This document shows, one piece after another, positions 46,700-57,329 of a stretch of 64,000 nt of DNA (position 1 is the first letter of the stretch; each line of letters opens with the position of its first letter). The DNA is from Escherichia coli (GTDB lineage: Bacteria > Pseudomonadota > Gammaproteobacteria > Enterobacterales > Enterobacteriaceae), in assembly GCF_001677475.2 (NCBI RefSeq), contig NZ_CP015229.1. The stretch is one strand, 5' to 3'. The notes under the pieces are model-generated. The model saw only the letters and a list, made by a program, of their open reading frames with translations, did not search any database and was not told where the DNA came from. The translations under genes were made by a program, and so were the position numbers.

Positions 46700-47470
46700 A
46701 TGACAACACAATCCCACCATGACCACGTAGAAAAGCAGTTTAGCTCTCAAGCCAGCGAATATCTGACCAGTACCGTACATGCATCCGGACGAGATTTACA
46801 GCGCCTGGCGGTGCGTCTGGCTGATTATCCTGATGCAAGTGTACTTGATATGGGCTGCGGAGCAGGGCATGCCAGCTTTGTTGCTGCGCAAAACGTGAGC
46901 GCGGTGGTGGCGTATGACTTATCTGCCCAAATGCTGGATGTCGTGGCACAAGCTGCCGAAGCCCGGCAACTGAAAAATATCACCACCCGCCAGGGTTATG
47001 CCGAAAGTCTGCCATTTGCCGATAACGCATTTGATATTGTTATCAGCCGTTATTCTGCCCATCACTGGCATGATGTTGGTGCAGCACTGCGTGAAGTGAA
47101 CCGGATATTGAAACCTGGCGGTAGGCTGATTGTGATGGACGTAATGTCTCCGGGCCACCCAGTGCGCGACATCTGGTTACAGACGGTAGAAGCATTACGC
47201 GATACCTCTCACGTACGAAACTACGCCAGCGGTGAGTGGTTGACGTTAATCAATGAAGCCAATCTGGTAGTTGATAATTTAATTACAGATAAGTTACCGC
47301 TGGAATTTTCTTCATGGGTCGTGAGAATGCGTACGCCAGAAGCGTTAGTAGACGCTATTCGCATTTACCAACAGAGCGCATCGACAGAGGTGAGAACGTA
47401 TTTTTCCTTGCAGAATGATGGCTCTTTCATCAGTGATATCATCATGGTAGAAGCACATAAAGCGGCATAA
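46700..47470 (+). CDS. yafE: Class I SAM-dependent methyltransferase YafE
   Basis: 256-aa ORF with SAM motif LDMGCGAGH and VISRYSAHHW; start codon choice uncertain. Confidence 0.8.
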   Translation: MTTQSHHDHVEKQFSSQASEYLTSTVHASGRDLQRLAVRLADYPDASVLDMGCGAGHASFVAAQNVSAVVAYDLSAQMLDVVAQAAEARQLKNITTRQGYAESLPFADNAFDIVISRYSAHHWHDVGAALREVNRILKPGGRLIVMDVMSPGHPVRDIWLQTVEALRDTSHVRNYASGEWLTLINEANLVVDNLITDKLPLEFSSWVVRMRTPEALVDAIRIYQQSASTEVRTYFSLQNDGSFISDIIMVEAHKAA

Positions 47471-47472
47471 AT

Positions 47473-47506
47473 AAAAAAGGCACCGGGGGAATCGGTGCCT
47501 TTTTAT
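47473..47506. terminator. Bidirectional terminator between yafE and mltD
   Basis: aaaaaaggcaccg-ggggaat-cggtgcctttttatt. Confidence 0.55.
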
Positions 47507-47517
47507 TATCTGGTTTG

Positions 47518-48876
47518 TCAGGAATCTGGCATGTTGTTGTTTTTCACAAACAACGTCAGCTTATCGCCTGGTTGCAGATTCGCAGTGTCGCTGTTCCAGC
47601 GCATCACATCTTTAATGTTCACGCCGTGGCGTTTAGCAATGCTTGAAAGCGAATCGCCTTTGCGCACACGATACGTAATGCTATCGCTGTTGTTTGCCAA
47701 CCGCTGTGCGCTACTACCTGCGCCAATCGTCAAGCTTTGGCCTGGCTTCAGCTTAGATCCGCGCAGTTTGTTCCACTGCTGCAAATCCTTGGTGCTAACG
47801 CCGAGACGTGAAGCGATACTTGAAAGCGTGTCGCCAGAGCGTACGGTGTAAACACGGCTGTTAAGCGGCGTATTGTCGGCAACCAGCGTCGACTGTACAG
47901 CAGCAATTTCGCCCGAAGCCAGAGATTCACGCAGTTGATCTGCATGCTTCTTTGGCACCATCACGTACTGCGGACCACTTGCGCCCAGCGTGGAGCCTTT
48001 CACGCCAGCGTTGAATGTCTTCAGCTTGCTGACGGAAATCCCCGCCATATCTGCAACCTTCGCCATTTCAACCGGGCTGCTCAGGTGCACACGCGCCAGA
48101 GCACGGCTTTCATCGGTCGTTGGCAGACGTACGCCATAACGCTTGCTGTTTTTGAGAATATCACTCAATGCCAGCATTTTAGGCACGTACTGCTTCGTTT
48201 CCTGCGGCAACGGTAACGACCAGAAGTCCGTGGATTTCCCACGCGCTTTGTTCGTTTTAATTGCCTTCATGACCCGACCTTCGCCGCTGTTATAAGCCGC
48301 TACGGTCAGAAGCCAGTCGCCGTCAAACATCTTGTTCAGACGCTGCATCATGTTCAGCGCGGCAGTTGTTGAAGCAACAACATCGCGACGCGCGTCATAA
48401 TTGCGGGTCTGTTTCAAACCATAATTGCGCCCCGTGCTCGGAATGATCTGCCAGATGCCTGCGGCATTGGCGCCAGACGTTGCGTGAGGATCAAAAGCGC
48501 TCTCCACTATGGGTAGTAGTACCAGTTCCATAGGCATGTTACGTTTTTTAACTTGCCCGGCTATCCAGTACATATACGGCTCTGCCCGTAAAGTTACATC
48601 GTGGAGATAGCTCTTATTGCGTAAATATTTCTGTTTCTGTTCGCGAATCCGGTCATTTTCCGGAATTCCCATCTTTAGCTCGTCGCCAATGAAAGCCCAC
48701 AAGTCACCATCTGGCGCGATAGACGTCCCATCGTCCATCCATCGTGCCTGACTTGTAAACTTTGCTGCTTCCCCTTGACCAGCTGCAGAAAGGCTCTGTG
48801 CGTGCTGTTGAACGTTGCCGGTACTCTGGCAACCCACGAGCAGGACAGAGGCGAGTAATATCGCTTTTGCCTTCAT
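47518..48876 (-). CDS. mltD: Membrane-bound lytic murein transglycosylase D (lipoprotein with C-terminal LysM repeats)
   Basis: 452-aa ORF MKAKAILLASVLLVGCQSTGN (lipobox LVGC); two LysM-like repeats (YTVRSGDTLSSIASRLGV, YRVRKGDSLSSIAKRHGV). Confidence 0.9.
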   Translation of the reverse strand: MKAKAILLASVLLVGCQSTGNVQQHAQSLSAAGQGEAAKFTSQARWMDDGTSIAPDGDLWAFIGDELKMGIPENDRIREQKQKYLRNKSYLHDVTLRAEPYMYWIAGQVKKRNMPMELVLLPIVESAFDPHATSGANAAGIWQIIPSTGRNYGLKQTRNYDARRDVVASTTAALNMMQRLNKMFDGDWLLTVAAYNSGEGRVMKAIKTNKARGKSTDFWSLPLPQETKQYVPKMLALSDILKNSKRYGVRLPTTDESRALARVHLSSPVEMAKVADMAGISVSKLKTFNAGVKGSTLGASGPQYVMVPKKHADQLRESLASGEIAAVQSTLVADNTPLNSRVYTVRSGDTLSSIASRLGVSTKDLQQWNKLRGSKLKPGQSLTIGAGSSAQRLANNSDSITYRVRKGDSLSSIAKRHGVNIKDVMRWNSDTANLQPGDKLTLFVKNNNMPDS

Positions 48877-48947
48877 GTGTGTGTCAATAGTTGCTTAAAA
48901 GACGACCGATCATAACGGCGAACGGAGCCGATGACAAGAAAGTTTTA

Positions 48948-49706
<759 letters not shown>

Positions 49707-49736
49707 TTACCTCTCAGTGTGAAACGGAAGGTTGTG

Positions 49737-50459
49737 ATGAAACCGGCAAGAGTCCCTCAAACTGTCGTGGCTCCTGATTGCTGGGGCGATTTGCCCTGGG
49801 GAGAGCTTTATCGCAAGGCGCTGGAGCGCCAGCTCAACCCGTGGTTCACTAAAATGTATGGTTTTCATCTGCTTAAGATTGGCAATTTAAGCGCAGAAAT
49901 CAATTGCGAAGCGTGCGCGGTTTCTCATCAAGTGAATGTTTCTGCGCAAGGAATGCCCGTCCAGGTGCAGGCGGACCCACTTCATCTTCCTTTTGCCGAT
50001 AAATCCGTTGATGTGTGTCTACTGGCACATACATTGCCGTGGTGCACCGATCCGCATCGTTTATTGCGTGAAGCCGATCGGGTATTGATTGATGATGGCT
50101 GGCTGGTGATTAGTGGCTTCAATCCCATAAGTTTAATGGGATTACGAAAACTTGTGCCGGTATTGCGCAAAACCTCGCCCTATAACAGCCGGATGTTTAC
50201 TCTGATGCGGCAGCTGGACTGGCTCTCTTTGTTGAATTTTGAAGTGCTACACGCCAGCCGTTTCCACGTTCTCCCGTGGAACAAACACGGTGGAAAACTA
50301 TTGAATGCGCATATTCCTGCGCTTGGTTGCTTACAACTTATTGTCGCCCGGAAACGGACTATTCCTTTAACGCTAAATCCGATGAAACAGAGTAAAAACA
50401 AGCCACGAATTCGCCAGGCGGTTGGAGCCACCCGGCAATGTCGTAAACCACAGGTTTAA
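49737..50459 (+). CDS. yafS: Methyltransferase-like protein YafS
   Basis: ORF-track entry 49719-50459 trimmed to ATG at 49737: [37 protein letters not shown]... Confidence 0.8.
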   Translation: MKPARVPQTVVAPDCWGDLPWGELYRKALERQLNPWFTKMYGFHLLKIGNLSAEINCEACAVSHQVNVSAQGMPVQVQADPLHLPFADKSVDVCLLAHTLPWCTDPHRLLREADRVLIDDGWLVISGFNPISLMGLRKLVPVLRKTSPYNSRMFTLMRQLDWLSLLNFEVLHASRFHVLPWNKHGGKLLNAHIPALGCLQLIVARKRTIPLTLNPMKQSKNKPRIRQAVGATRQCRKPQV

Positions 50460-50923
50460 ACTTCGACTTGATAGCCCGTATCTTCCAGTGTGGGATTCAT
50501 CGCTGCGGCACGAGCCAGTTCATCGCAACGTTCGTTTTCCGGGTGTCCGGCATGGCCTTTAACCCATTCCCATTTGATTTGATGCTGCCCCAACGCAGCA
50601 TCAAGACGTTGCCAGAGATCGACATTTTTTACTGGTTTTTTGTCTGCTGTTTTCCAGCCACGTTTTTTCCAGTTATGGATCCACTGGGTGATACCCTGGC
50701 GGACATACTGGCTGTCGGTACTCAAAATGACTTCGCAATGTTCTTTTAACGCCTCCAGCGCGATAATAGCGGCCATCAACTCCATACGGTTGTTGGTGGT
50801 GCGGGTGTAGCCTGCGCTAAAGGTTTTCTCGCGTCCGCGATAGCGTAAAATAGCGCCGTAACCCCCAGGTCCAGGATTGCCCAGACACGAACCATCGGTG
50901 AAAATTTCTACCTGTTTAAGCAT
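50456..50923 (-). CDS. rnhA: Ribonuclease HI
   Basis: ORF-track entry 50456-50995 trimmed to ATG complement at 50921-50923: [49 protein letters not shown]... Confidence 0.95.
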   Translation of the reverse strand: MLKQVEIFTDGSCLGNPGPGGYGAILRYRGREKTFSAGYTRTTNNRMELMAAIIALEALKEHCEVILSTDSQYVRQGITQWIHNWKKRGWKTADKKPVKNVDLWQRLDAALGQHQIKWEWVKGHAGHPENERCDELARAAAMNPTLEDTGYQVEV

Positions 50924-50987
50924 CTCTGGTAGACTTCCTGTAATTGAATCGAACTGTAAAACGACAAGTCTGACATAAATGACCGCT

Positions 50988-51719
50988 ATGAGCACTGCAA
51001 TTACACGCCAGATCGTTCTCGATACCGAAACTACCGGTATGAACCAGATTGGTGCGCACTATGAAGGCCACAAGATCATTGAGATTGGTGCCGTTGAAGT
51101 GGTGAACCGTCGCCTGACGGGCAATAACTTCCATGTTTATCTCAAACCCGATCGGCTGGTGGATCCGGAAGCCTTTGGCGTACATGGTATTGCCGATGAA
51201 TTTTTGCTCGATAAGCCCACGTTTGCCGAGGTAGCCGATGAGTTCATGGACTATATTCGCGGCGCGGAGTTGGTGATCCATAACGCAGCGTTCGATATCG
51301 GCTTTATGGACTACGAGTTTTCGTTGCTTAAGCGCGATATTCCGAAGACCAATACCTTCTGTAAGATCACCGATAGCCTTGCGGTGGCGAGGAAAATGTT
51401 TCCCGGTAAGCGCAACAGCCTCGATGCGTTATGTGCCCGCTACGAAATAGATAACAGTAAACGAACGCTGCACGGGGCATTACTCGATGCCCAGATCCTT
51501 GCGGAAGTTTATCTGGCGATGACTGGTGGTCAAACGTCGATGGCTTTTGCGATGGAAGGAGAGACACAACAGCAACAAGGTGAAACAACAATTCAGCGCA
51601 TTGTGCGTCAGGCAAGTAAGTTACGCGTTGTTTTTGCGACAGATGAAGAGCTTGCGGCACATGAAGCCCGTCTCGATCTGGTGCAGAAAAAGGGCGGAAG
51701 CTGCCTCTGGCGGGCATAA
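50988..51719 (+). CDS. dnaQ: DNA polymerase III epsilon subunit (3'-5' proofreading exonuclease)
   Basis: ORF-track entry 50979-51719 trimmed to ATG at 50988: [39 protein letters not shown]...; divergent from rnhA. Confidence 0.95.
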   Translation: MSTAITRQIVLDTETTGMNQIGAHYEGHKIIEIGAVEVVNRRLTGNNFHVYLKPDRLVDPEAFGVHGIADEFLLDKPTFAEVADEFMDYIRGAELVIHNAAFDIGFMDYEFSLLKRDIPKTNTFCKITDSLAVARKMFPGKRNSLDALCARYEIDNSKRTLHGALLDAQILAEVYLAMTGGQTSMAFAMEGETQQQQGETTIQRIVRQASKLRVVFATDEELAAHEARLDLVQKKGGSCLWRA

Positions 51720-51841
51720 ATACCTGTAAAAGGCGCTAAAAATAGCGACTTGGGCGATTTTTGCAGCAAACGATTCAAAAGATGAGAAAAACCGTTGACG
51801 AAGGGTGAGGCAATCCGTAATATTCGCCTCATTCCCAACGG

Positions 51842-51918
51842 AACACAACGCGGAGCGGTAGTTCAGTCGGTTAGAATACCTGCCTGTCACGCAGGGGGTC
51901 GCGGGTTCGAGTCCCGTC
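51842..51918 (+). tRNA. aspV: tRNA-Asp (anticodon GTC)
   Basis: Identical 77-nt sequence to aspU; located after dnaQ as in K-12. Confidence 0.95.
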
Positions 51919-51925
51919 CGTTCCG

Positions 51926-51966
51926 CCAATATTCAGAAAGCCCGAATCAGTAATGATTCGGGCTTT
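51926..51966 (+). terminator. aspV terminator
   Basis: gaaagcccgaatc-agtaat-gattcgggctttc followed by gtcgtttt. Confidence 0.65.
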
Positions 51967-52015
51967 CGTCGTTTTGGTGAAGCGAGAATTTTTCACTCCG
52001 CAAGTAAAACGAATA

Positions 52016-52055
52016 TGATTTAAAAAATGGCCAGATAATATAAATTCTGGCCACT
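52016..52055 (-). terminator. Probable terminator of the minus-strand T6SS operon (after tssA)
   Basis: On the minus strand: tggccag-aatttatatta-tctggcca followed by ttttttaaatc. Confidence 0.5.
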
Positions 52056-52059
52056 TCTG

Positions 52060-53106
52060 TTACTCCAGCGCATCCCATTTTTCCAGCAGTTCTACTGGAA
52101 TTTCATTTATTACCTCCGAGAAGCGTTTTCCGACCAGGCGTTCTGCCTGGCGCAGCAAAGGAATGGTCGGGCTGCTCGGTTCGCTGTGCTCAAACCAGCG
52201 ACGGATGACACGCAGGCGTTCCAGCGCGTCGTTCCGGTCGCGGATCTGCCGGGGTTCTGCGCCGGACATCGGTGATATTTCCTCCGCGATATGCACCGGT
52301 AGCGCAATCTGCTCTGATGATATCTCTTCAGTATGAACGATGGTGGTGCTCTCCGGCTGTTCAGCCACTGGTTGTGGCAGGATCTCCGGCGTGGTGGTCC
52401 GTATCGCTCCCGGCAACAGGGCCAGCAATTGTGTCAGACGGGATAGGTTCGGTGCCTGGTCATTCAGCGTTTCACGCGCATGGCGTTGCAGCCGCTCAGT
52501 GGTCTCTGCGGCCTGGCGAAAGGCATCCAGCGGCAGTGTGCCGCGCGCCTCCAGGTCGGCCAGTTGCTGGCGTACCGATTCTGGTGCCAGCGCATCCGCC
52601 GGGCGTGATGCAGACAGCGAACGCTCCACATCCCGTACCTGAAGGCGTATGGCAGCATTGTTTGACAGTGTAATGCCACGAATATCCGCTATTACGCCTT
52701 CATGGTCCAGCAACGCCGCCAGGGCGTTACTACGTGCCACTGCCGCCTCTTCGGCGGTGATATCTTCAGTCGCGAGCAGTTGAGGATGGATGGCGTTCGG
52801 GTACGTGGCGCACAACGTTTCCAGCAGCGCGAGCGCCTCCGCCAGTCCCCTGGCACCGGCCTGCTGGATACGGCAGCGCAGCAGGACAACCAGAATGCGG
52901 ATATCTTTGCTGCGCGTCAGCAGGCGGCAGGCATCCCGCTCAAGCTCCGCCCAGTTAATGGTTTCCGGCGTACTGACAAAATCGCCGTATTGCGCTTCTT
53001 CACGCGGTGCGGCGCGCGTGAACAGTAGCAGGTATTCCGGATCGTACTCCAGATCCGGGCCGCAGGGGCATTCTGCCGAAATTGGGTCAGACAGGGATGT
53101 ATCCAT
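52060..53106 (-). CDS. tssA: T6SS protein TssA (ImpA N-terminal domain family)
   Basis: 348-aa ORF MDTSLSDPISAECPCGPDLEYDPEYLLLFTRAAPREEAQYGDFVSTPETINWAELERDACRLLTRSKDIRILVVLL, the ImpA_N signature pattern. Confidence 0.8.
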   Translation of the reverse strand: MDTSLSDPISAECPCGPDLEYDPEYLLLFTRAAPREEAQYGDFVSTPETINWAELERDACRLLTRSKDIRILVVLLRCRIQQAGARGLAEALALLETLCATYPNAIHPQLLATEDITAEEAAVARSNALAALLDHEGVIADIRGITLSNNAAIRLQVRDVERSLSASRPADALAPESVRQQLADLEARGTLPLDAFRQAAETTERLQRHARETLNDQAPNLSRLTQLLALLPGAIRTTTPEILPQPVAEQPESTTIVHTEEISSEQIALPVHIAEEISPMSGAEPRQIRDRNDALERLRVIRRWFEHSEPSSPTIPLLRQAERLVGKRFSEVINEIPVELLEKWDALE

Positions 53107-53116
53107 TAAATTATCC

Positions 53117-54112
53117 TCAGTGCGCCAGGTAGTGTTCTGGTTCGAAAATCATGCCCGTCACCGGGTTTTCGTGCATGGCTTTACCCGCCCATGCGGTCCA
53201 GCCCAGTTGGTACGAACCACCGGTAACAGCCGGAGGGGCGGCGTGGGGCTTTAGCTGTAGCTCAATTTCCCAGCAGTATTCAAAACCGCTAAAGGAGCGG
53301 ACCAGTTCTGTCAGGACTGGCAGGTTATTGCCGCCAGGCAGAAAACGTCGGTAATCCTCCAGCGTCAGCGGGCCGATAACCAGCCGGAACTTATACTGCA
53401 TGTCCGGCACGGCCTGGCCGATGAGTGCACCGTTGCCAATAACGGAAGAGGGGGCTGGCATCCCCAGCCGGGTGATCTCATCGTCCGCCACGGCTATCCA
53501 GTGCAGGACATACTCCTGTATCCGGAAAGGTACACCGAAATAGTGCGCCAGCGTGGTGGCCAGACCGTCCGGATTGCGGGACTCACGCACCAGATGGGCC
53601 GATGCCGCCAGGCGAGCGTGATCCTGCAACGGGCTGTCGGCGCTCTCCCGCAAATCCTGCCCGCTGAGGCTGGCGATATAAAAGGCAAAACGGTCATGTT
53701 GCGGTTTATCCAGACCGCCCCCAGCGGACTGGGCGCTGCGCCATGCCTGGTAAAACTGCGTCAGCCAGCGGTGATGAAAAAGATCAGAAAAACGGGTTAG
53801 CGTCGGGTCTCTTCGGCTTTCAGTCCGGTTGTGCGCCAGTTCGGTGTAGTGCAGCGGCAGTGGACCGTTCGGCCCCCACAGCCCGAGACTGTACAAACTG
53901 ATATGCAGCCGCTCTTCCTGCCAGCTCACACTGGCGATTTCCCGTGGCGCAAAGGTCAGCGCGGGAGTTTGTCCGAGGCGAAATTTTTCCATCCGTGGTT
54001 GCCAGGTGTTGCCTGCCGGAACAGTACACAACTGCACATCCACGCGGCGCATCAGGTTCAGAAAACCGTAACGCCAGGGGGTTTCCTGCGCCTGAGTGAA
54101 ATCGTCGCTCAT
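53117..54112 (-). CDS. tssG: T6SS baseplate subunit TssG
   Basis: 331-aa ORF MSDDFTQAQETPWRYGFLNLMRRVDVQL..., immediately downstream of and 4-nt overlapping tssF. Confidence 0.8.
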   Translation of the reverse strand: MSDDFTQAQETPWRYGFLNLMRRVDVQLCTVPAGNTWQPRMEKFRLGQTPALTFAPREIASVSWQEERLHISLYSLGLWGPNGPLPLHYTELAHNRTESRRDPTLTRFSDLFHHRWLTQFYQAWRSAQSAGGGLDKPQHDRFAFYIASLSGQDLRESADSPLQDHARLAASAHLVRESRNPDGLATTLAHYFGVPFRIQEYVLHWIAVADDEITRLGMPAPSSVIGNGALIGQAVPDMQYKFRLVIGPLTLEDYRRFLPGGNNLPVLTELVRSFSGFEYCWEIELQLKPHAAPPAVTGGSYQLGWTAWAGKAMHENPVTGMIFEPEHYLAH

Positions 54113-55992
54113 ACGCTTCCCCGCTGTCCCGCCCTGGCAGGCCAGGTCATAATTTTGCCGCGCTGCATGCTGTGCAGCGTCATCTGCGAGAAGGTATTAA
54201 TGGAAACATGACGGGCGATATAGTGCTCCAACACCAGACCGAACAGATACGGACTGATACCGGAGAACCCCTCCTCATCCACGGTCAGTTCACAACTGAC
54301 GCCGCGCCCATAGACCAGCAGCCCGGAACCGGGCAGACGGCGGGTGACCGGGGTGGTGTTGCAGCCAATCAGGCTGCGCACCTGGCGCGACTGCGGACTG
54401 TCATGCGCCGGAATAAACAGGTTAAGCAGATCGCGCAGCGCCTGACCACCGGTACGGTGATCCAGATCGGCCAGCGGCAGATAGTTAAAGGATAACTGGC
54501 GGATCAACCGCCAGGCCATTTCACGTTCAGCCAGCGGAGGCTGCGGCGGACGCGGCGGACGGATAAGCCCCACGCCCGCCACCGGGATGGCCGCATCCAC
54601 GGTCAGATCGTCCCGTCCATTGCGGGCAATAAGACAGGGCAGATCGCGGTTGGTGACCATAGCCGTGATGGTGATATGGCGCAGATTTTCCGGGTATGGC
54701 GCTTCATACTGGTCAACCAGCGACAGGAACACTTCTGATCCTGTATAGGAGGTGCGGGTGCCATAGCGGCGGGCATTTTCCGACAACCGGCGCGGCTCCC
54801 GGCGCAGGGAAAAATAACGTCCGTGATTGCCTTCATCATTATTGCGGGTGTGGTAGAGCGGGCGAAAGGCCATCTTCCGTGTGGTGTCAGTTTCCAGCCC
54901 TTCCACTTCCTGGACCGAGAACACCTCATAATCCAGCGGATGGGTTCTGTCCACCACCAGATGCTGTTCCGTCGTGCTGTGCGTGACATCGATCCGGGCG
55001 GCGACTCGGGGAAACAGGTTGATAACCGGGGTACAGAACAGACTGAACTGTGCCGCGTTTGTCTGGTGGATCAGCCAGTCCGGCGGCAGGCGGTTCAGCA
55101 GGATAACAATCTCCGCCACTCCGCCTTCAATTTTCTGTAACCCGGCAGACAGGCCTGTCGGGGTGAAAAAAAAGAAGCGTTCCGGACAGGTAAAATATTC
55201 ATGTAGCAGGTTATGGCCGTGAAACACATTCCACGCCAGCGGCAACAGTCCCTGATCCGGATCCAGGCCTTCGTACATAACGGGCTGTTTCAGATTCACA
55301 TCCAGTGCGCCGTCAAAATGCCCCGGAATGCCAGCCAGGCTCGCGATGGCGCTGGTATGCAGTAGTTCGAACAGGTGTGAGGCCGTGCGCTCCTCGCCGC
55401 AGAGATAAAATGGTAGCTTGTTCAGCCCTGCAAGCTGACTGAACGTCAGTTCACCAAAGGTGCGCAGGGTAATACGCAGCGCACCAGCGACGTGAATGTT
55501 GGCTGGCAGGTAGCGGTGCAGGGCAGGCATATCCGGCGGCGCGGCGGTCAGGCGCACCTCTTCGATGGCAAGCGGCCACAGCGTCACATTCTGGCTGCTA
55601 CGAAACTGGCAGGCAGTACTTTCGCCTTCCGGAATGGCGGAAAAAAAGGCCGTGTTGCGCGGGACGGTGAATCCCTTCGCCAGATCGCCTTCTTCCGGAT
55701 CGGGATGAAGCTGCGCCACGCTCATTGAGGGCGTGGGTGTGACGTAATTGGGGCTGACCACTTCCAGCAGGCGCTGGGTGAAACGGGGGAATTCAGCGTC
55801 AATTTTTAGCTGCGTGCGGGCGGTCAGGAAGCTGAAGGCCTCGACCATTCGCTCCACATACGGATCGGCAATATCCGTTCCCTGCATACCCAGTCGGGCG
55901 GCGACTTTAGGATGACGGGCGGCAAATTCGGCTCCCGTTTCCCGCAGATAGCTCAGTTCGCGGTTGTAGTATTCCAGTAGCCGTGGATCCAT
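54109..55992 (-). CDS. tssF: T6SS baseplate subunit TssF
   Basis: 627-aa ORF with the characteristic TssF N-terminus MDPRLLEYYNRELSYLRETGAEFAARHPKVAARLGM. Confidence 0.88.
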   Translation of the reverse strand: MDPRLLEYYNRELSYLRETGAEFAARHPKVAARLGMQGTDIADPYVERMVEAFSFLTARTQLKIDAEFPRFTQRLLEVVSPNYVTPTPSMSVAQLHPDPEEGDLAKGFTVPRNTAFFSAIPEGESTACQFRSSQNVTLWPLAIEEVRLTAAPPDMPALHRYLPANIHVAGALRITLRTFGELTFSQLAGLNKLPFYLCGEERTASHLFELLHTSAIASLAGIPGHFDGALDVNLKQPVMYEGLDPDQGLLPLAWNVFHGHNLLHEYFTCPERFFFFTPTGLSAGLQKIEGGVAEIVILLNRLPPDWLIHQTNAAQFSLFCTPVINLFPRVAARIDVTHSTTEQHLVVDRTHPLDYEVFSVQEVEGLETDTTRKMAFRPLYHTRNNDEGNHGRYFSLRREPRRLSENARRYGTRTSYTGSEVFLSLVDQYEAPYPENLRHITITAMVTNRDLPCLIARNGRDDLTVDAAIPVAGVGLIRPPRPPQPPLAEREMAWRLIRQLSFNYLPLADLDHRTGGQALRDLLNLFIPAHDSPQSRQVRSLIGCNTTPVTRRLPGSGLLVYGRGVSCELTVDEEGFSGISPYLFGLVLEHYIARHVSINTFSQMTLHSMQRGKIMTWPARAGQRGSV

Positions 55993-56007
55993 CGGTTTCT
56001 CTCTGAA

Positions 56008-56502
56008 TTAAAAAAACGTAATGCGGCTCTGTTCCATATCCAGCGCGCTGCGTACCCGGAATGCCATCGGGTAGGGCTGCGTGAGGATCTCGCCGCGAAT
56101 TTCAAACTGTAATGTGTTATGGCCGCTCTGGTGGCGCTCATCCTGAAGTGGGATGATTTGCAGGGGGGACGCTTTCAGCCGGGGTTCAAACCGGATGATG
56201 GTACGCAAAATGGCCCTGTGAATATCGTCCCACTTGTGTTCATACAGAAAGCTGCCCGCCAGTGGCGGCAGGCCGTAGTTCAGTACGGACGCTGCCGCGT
56301 GCGGATAACGTGCAGCATCAATATCATCTTCATGGCTGACGGTGTTGAGCAGAAATGACAAATCCCGGCGAATGATCTCCTTAAGCTGAACCGGGCTGAC
56401 GCTGATATCGTGGTCGCGTTTCTGGTTTGGGGCATCATCACACAGGCGGTCAAACAGCGTGGGCAGCAGGTGATTGCCCGGACGCTGGCGGGAAGCGCTC
56501 AC
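56008..56502 (-). CDS. tssE: T6SS baseplate protein TssE (gp25-like)
   Basis: 164-aa ORF LLPTLFDRLCDDAP...VQLKEIIRRDLSFLLNT...YGLPPLAG, typical TssE pattern. Confidence 0.8.
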   Translation of the reverse strand: MSASRQRPGNHLLPTLFDRLCDDAPNQKRDHDISVSPVQLKEIIRRDLSFLLNTVSHEDDIDAARYPHAAASVLNYGLPPLAGSFLYEHKWDDIHRAILRTIIRFEPRLKASPLQIIPLQDERHQSGHNTLQFEIRGEILTQPYPMAFRVRSALDMEQSRITFF

Positions 56503-57329
56503 GCGTCGCTTCCTTCAGCGGTGTTAAAGGTACAGGTGGACAAATCCAGCAGGCTGATATCGCCGTGACCGGTGAGCCACACCCTCTGACCCAGCGCCTG
56601 TACCAGAGTCTCTCCCGGCCCGTCCTGCCAGACCGTTTTCCGGCACAGACGCAGGGAGTCGGCAGCCTTTTCAGAGCCGCTGTAGCGGGAAAACAGCCAG
56701 GCACTGTGTGTGTCGCCATTATTCAGTGTGACGTTGACGGGTTTCCAGATCAAATCGGTCAGATGCGCAGGCCGCGGCGATTTTAGCGAACAGATTTGTG
56801 AAAACGGCAACCAGATATATACTCCGCCCGCGATGAGTTCGAGTACCGGACCGGTACGGGAGTCGCTGTCGCTAATCCAGTCAAATGCGCCGCCATTCCA
56901 CTGTCCTGCAGTATCTGTTATGGCCTCAAGTGCGCGGCTGCGGTGGGCGTCAGCTTCCTGCGCTTCACCACGGGCGTTACAGGCGAGGGCGGTCAGCAGA
57001 TCCTCCATCCAGGCGGGCGGCGGGAGAATAAAATCGGGCCGCTGTTCTCCCTGAAAGCAGGCGTGGCGGTATATCTCACAGCGGATCAGCTCGCCAAATA
57101 CCTGCGCTTCGCGGGTATAATTTGCGTCCATCCGGGCGCATAGCTGGATCTGTTGCAGTGCCCGCGACCAGTCGCCTGCCACGCACAATAACTGAAACAG
57201 GCTGTGGCGGCGGGAGGCCTGCGCCGGGGGCATCCTGACCTGCTGCTCTGCCATCTGAATGCCCTCCGCCACGGAATAATCCCGCAGCAGCGCCGACAGG
57301 GTAGCCGGTAGCTCGTTATTGTTTGTCAT
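56499..57329 (-). CDS. tagJ: T6SS accessory protein, TagJ/ImpE-like (tentative)
   Basis: 276-aa ORF in operon between fha-like gene and tssE; size and overall pattern resemble ImpE-family proteins; assignment by recollection, not alignment. Confidence 0.5.
   Translation of the reverse strand: MTNNNELPATLSALLRDYSVAEGIQMAEQQVRMPPAQASRRHSLFQLLCVAGDWSRALQQIQLCARMDANYTREAQVFGELIRCEIYRHACFQGEQRPDFILPPPAWMEDLLTALACNARGEAQEADAHRSRALEAITDTAGQWNGGAFDWISDSDSRTGPVLELIAGGVYIWLPFSQICSLKSPRPAHLTDLIWKPVNVTLNNGDTHSAWLFSRYSGSEKAADSLRLCRKTVWQDGPGETLVQALGQRVWLTGHGDISLLDLSTCTFNTAEGSDA

Noticed and set aside
52272-57143. Multiple plus-strand ORFs of 60-154 aa within the T6SS minus-strand operon (e.g. 52272-52673, 52790-53254, 53831-54211, 54172-54495, 56427-56786)
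   Set aside because: All lie antisense to tssA/tssG/tssF/tssE/tagJ; GC-rich coding DNA produces long spurious reverse frames; Arg/Pro/Gly-rich translations.
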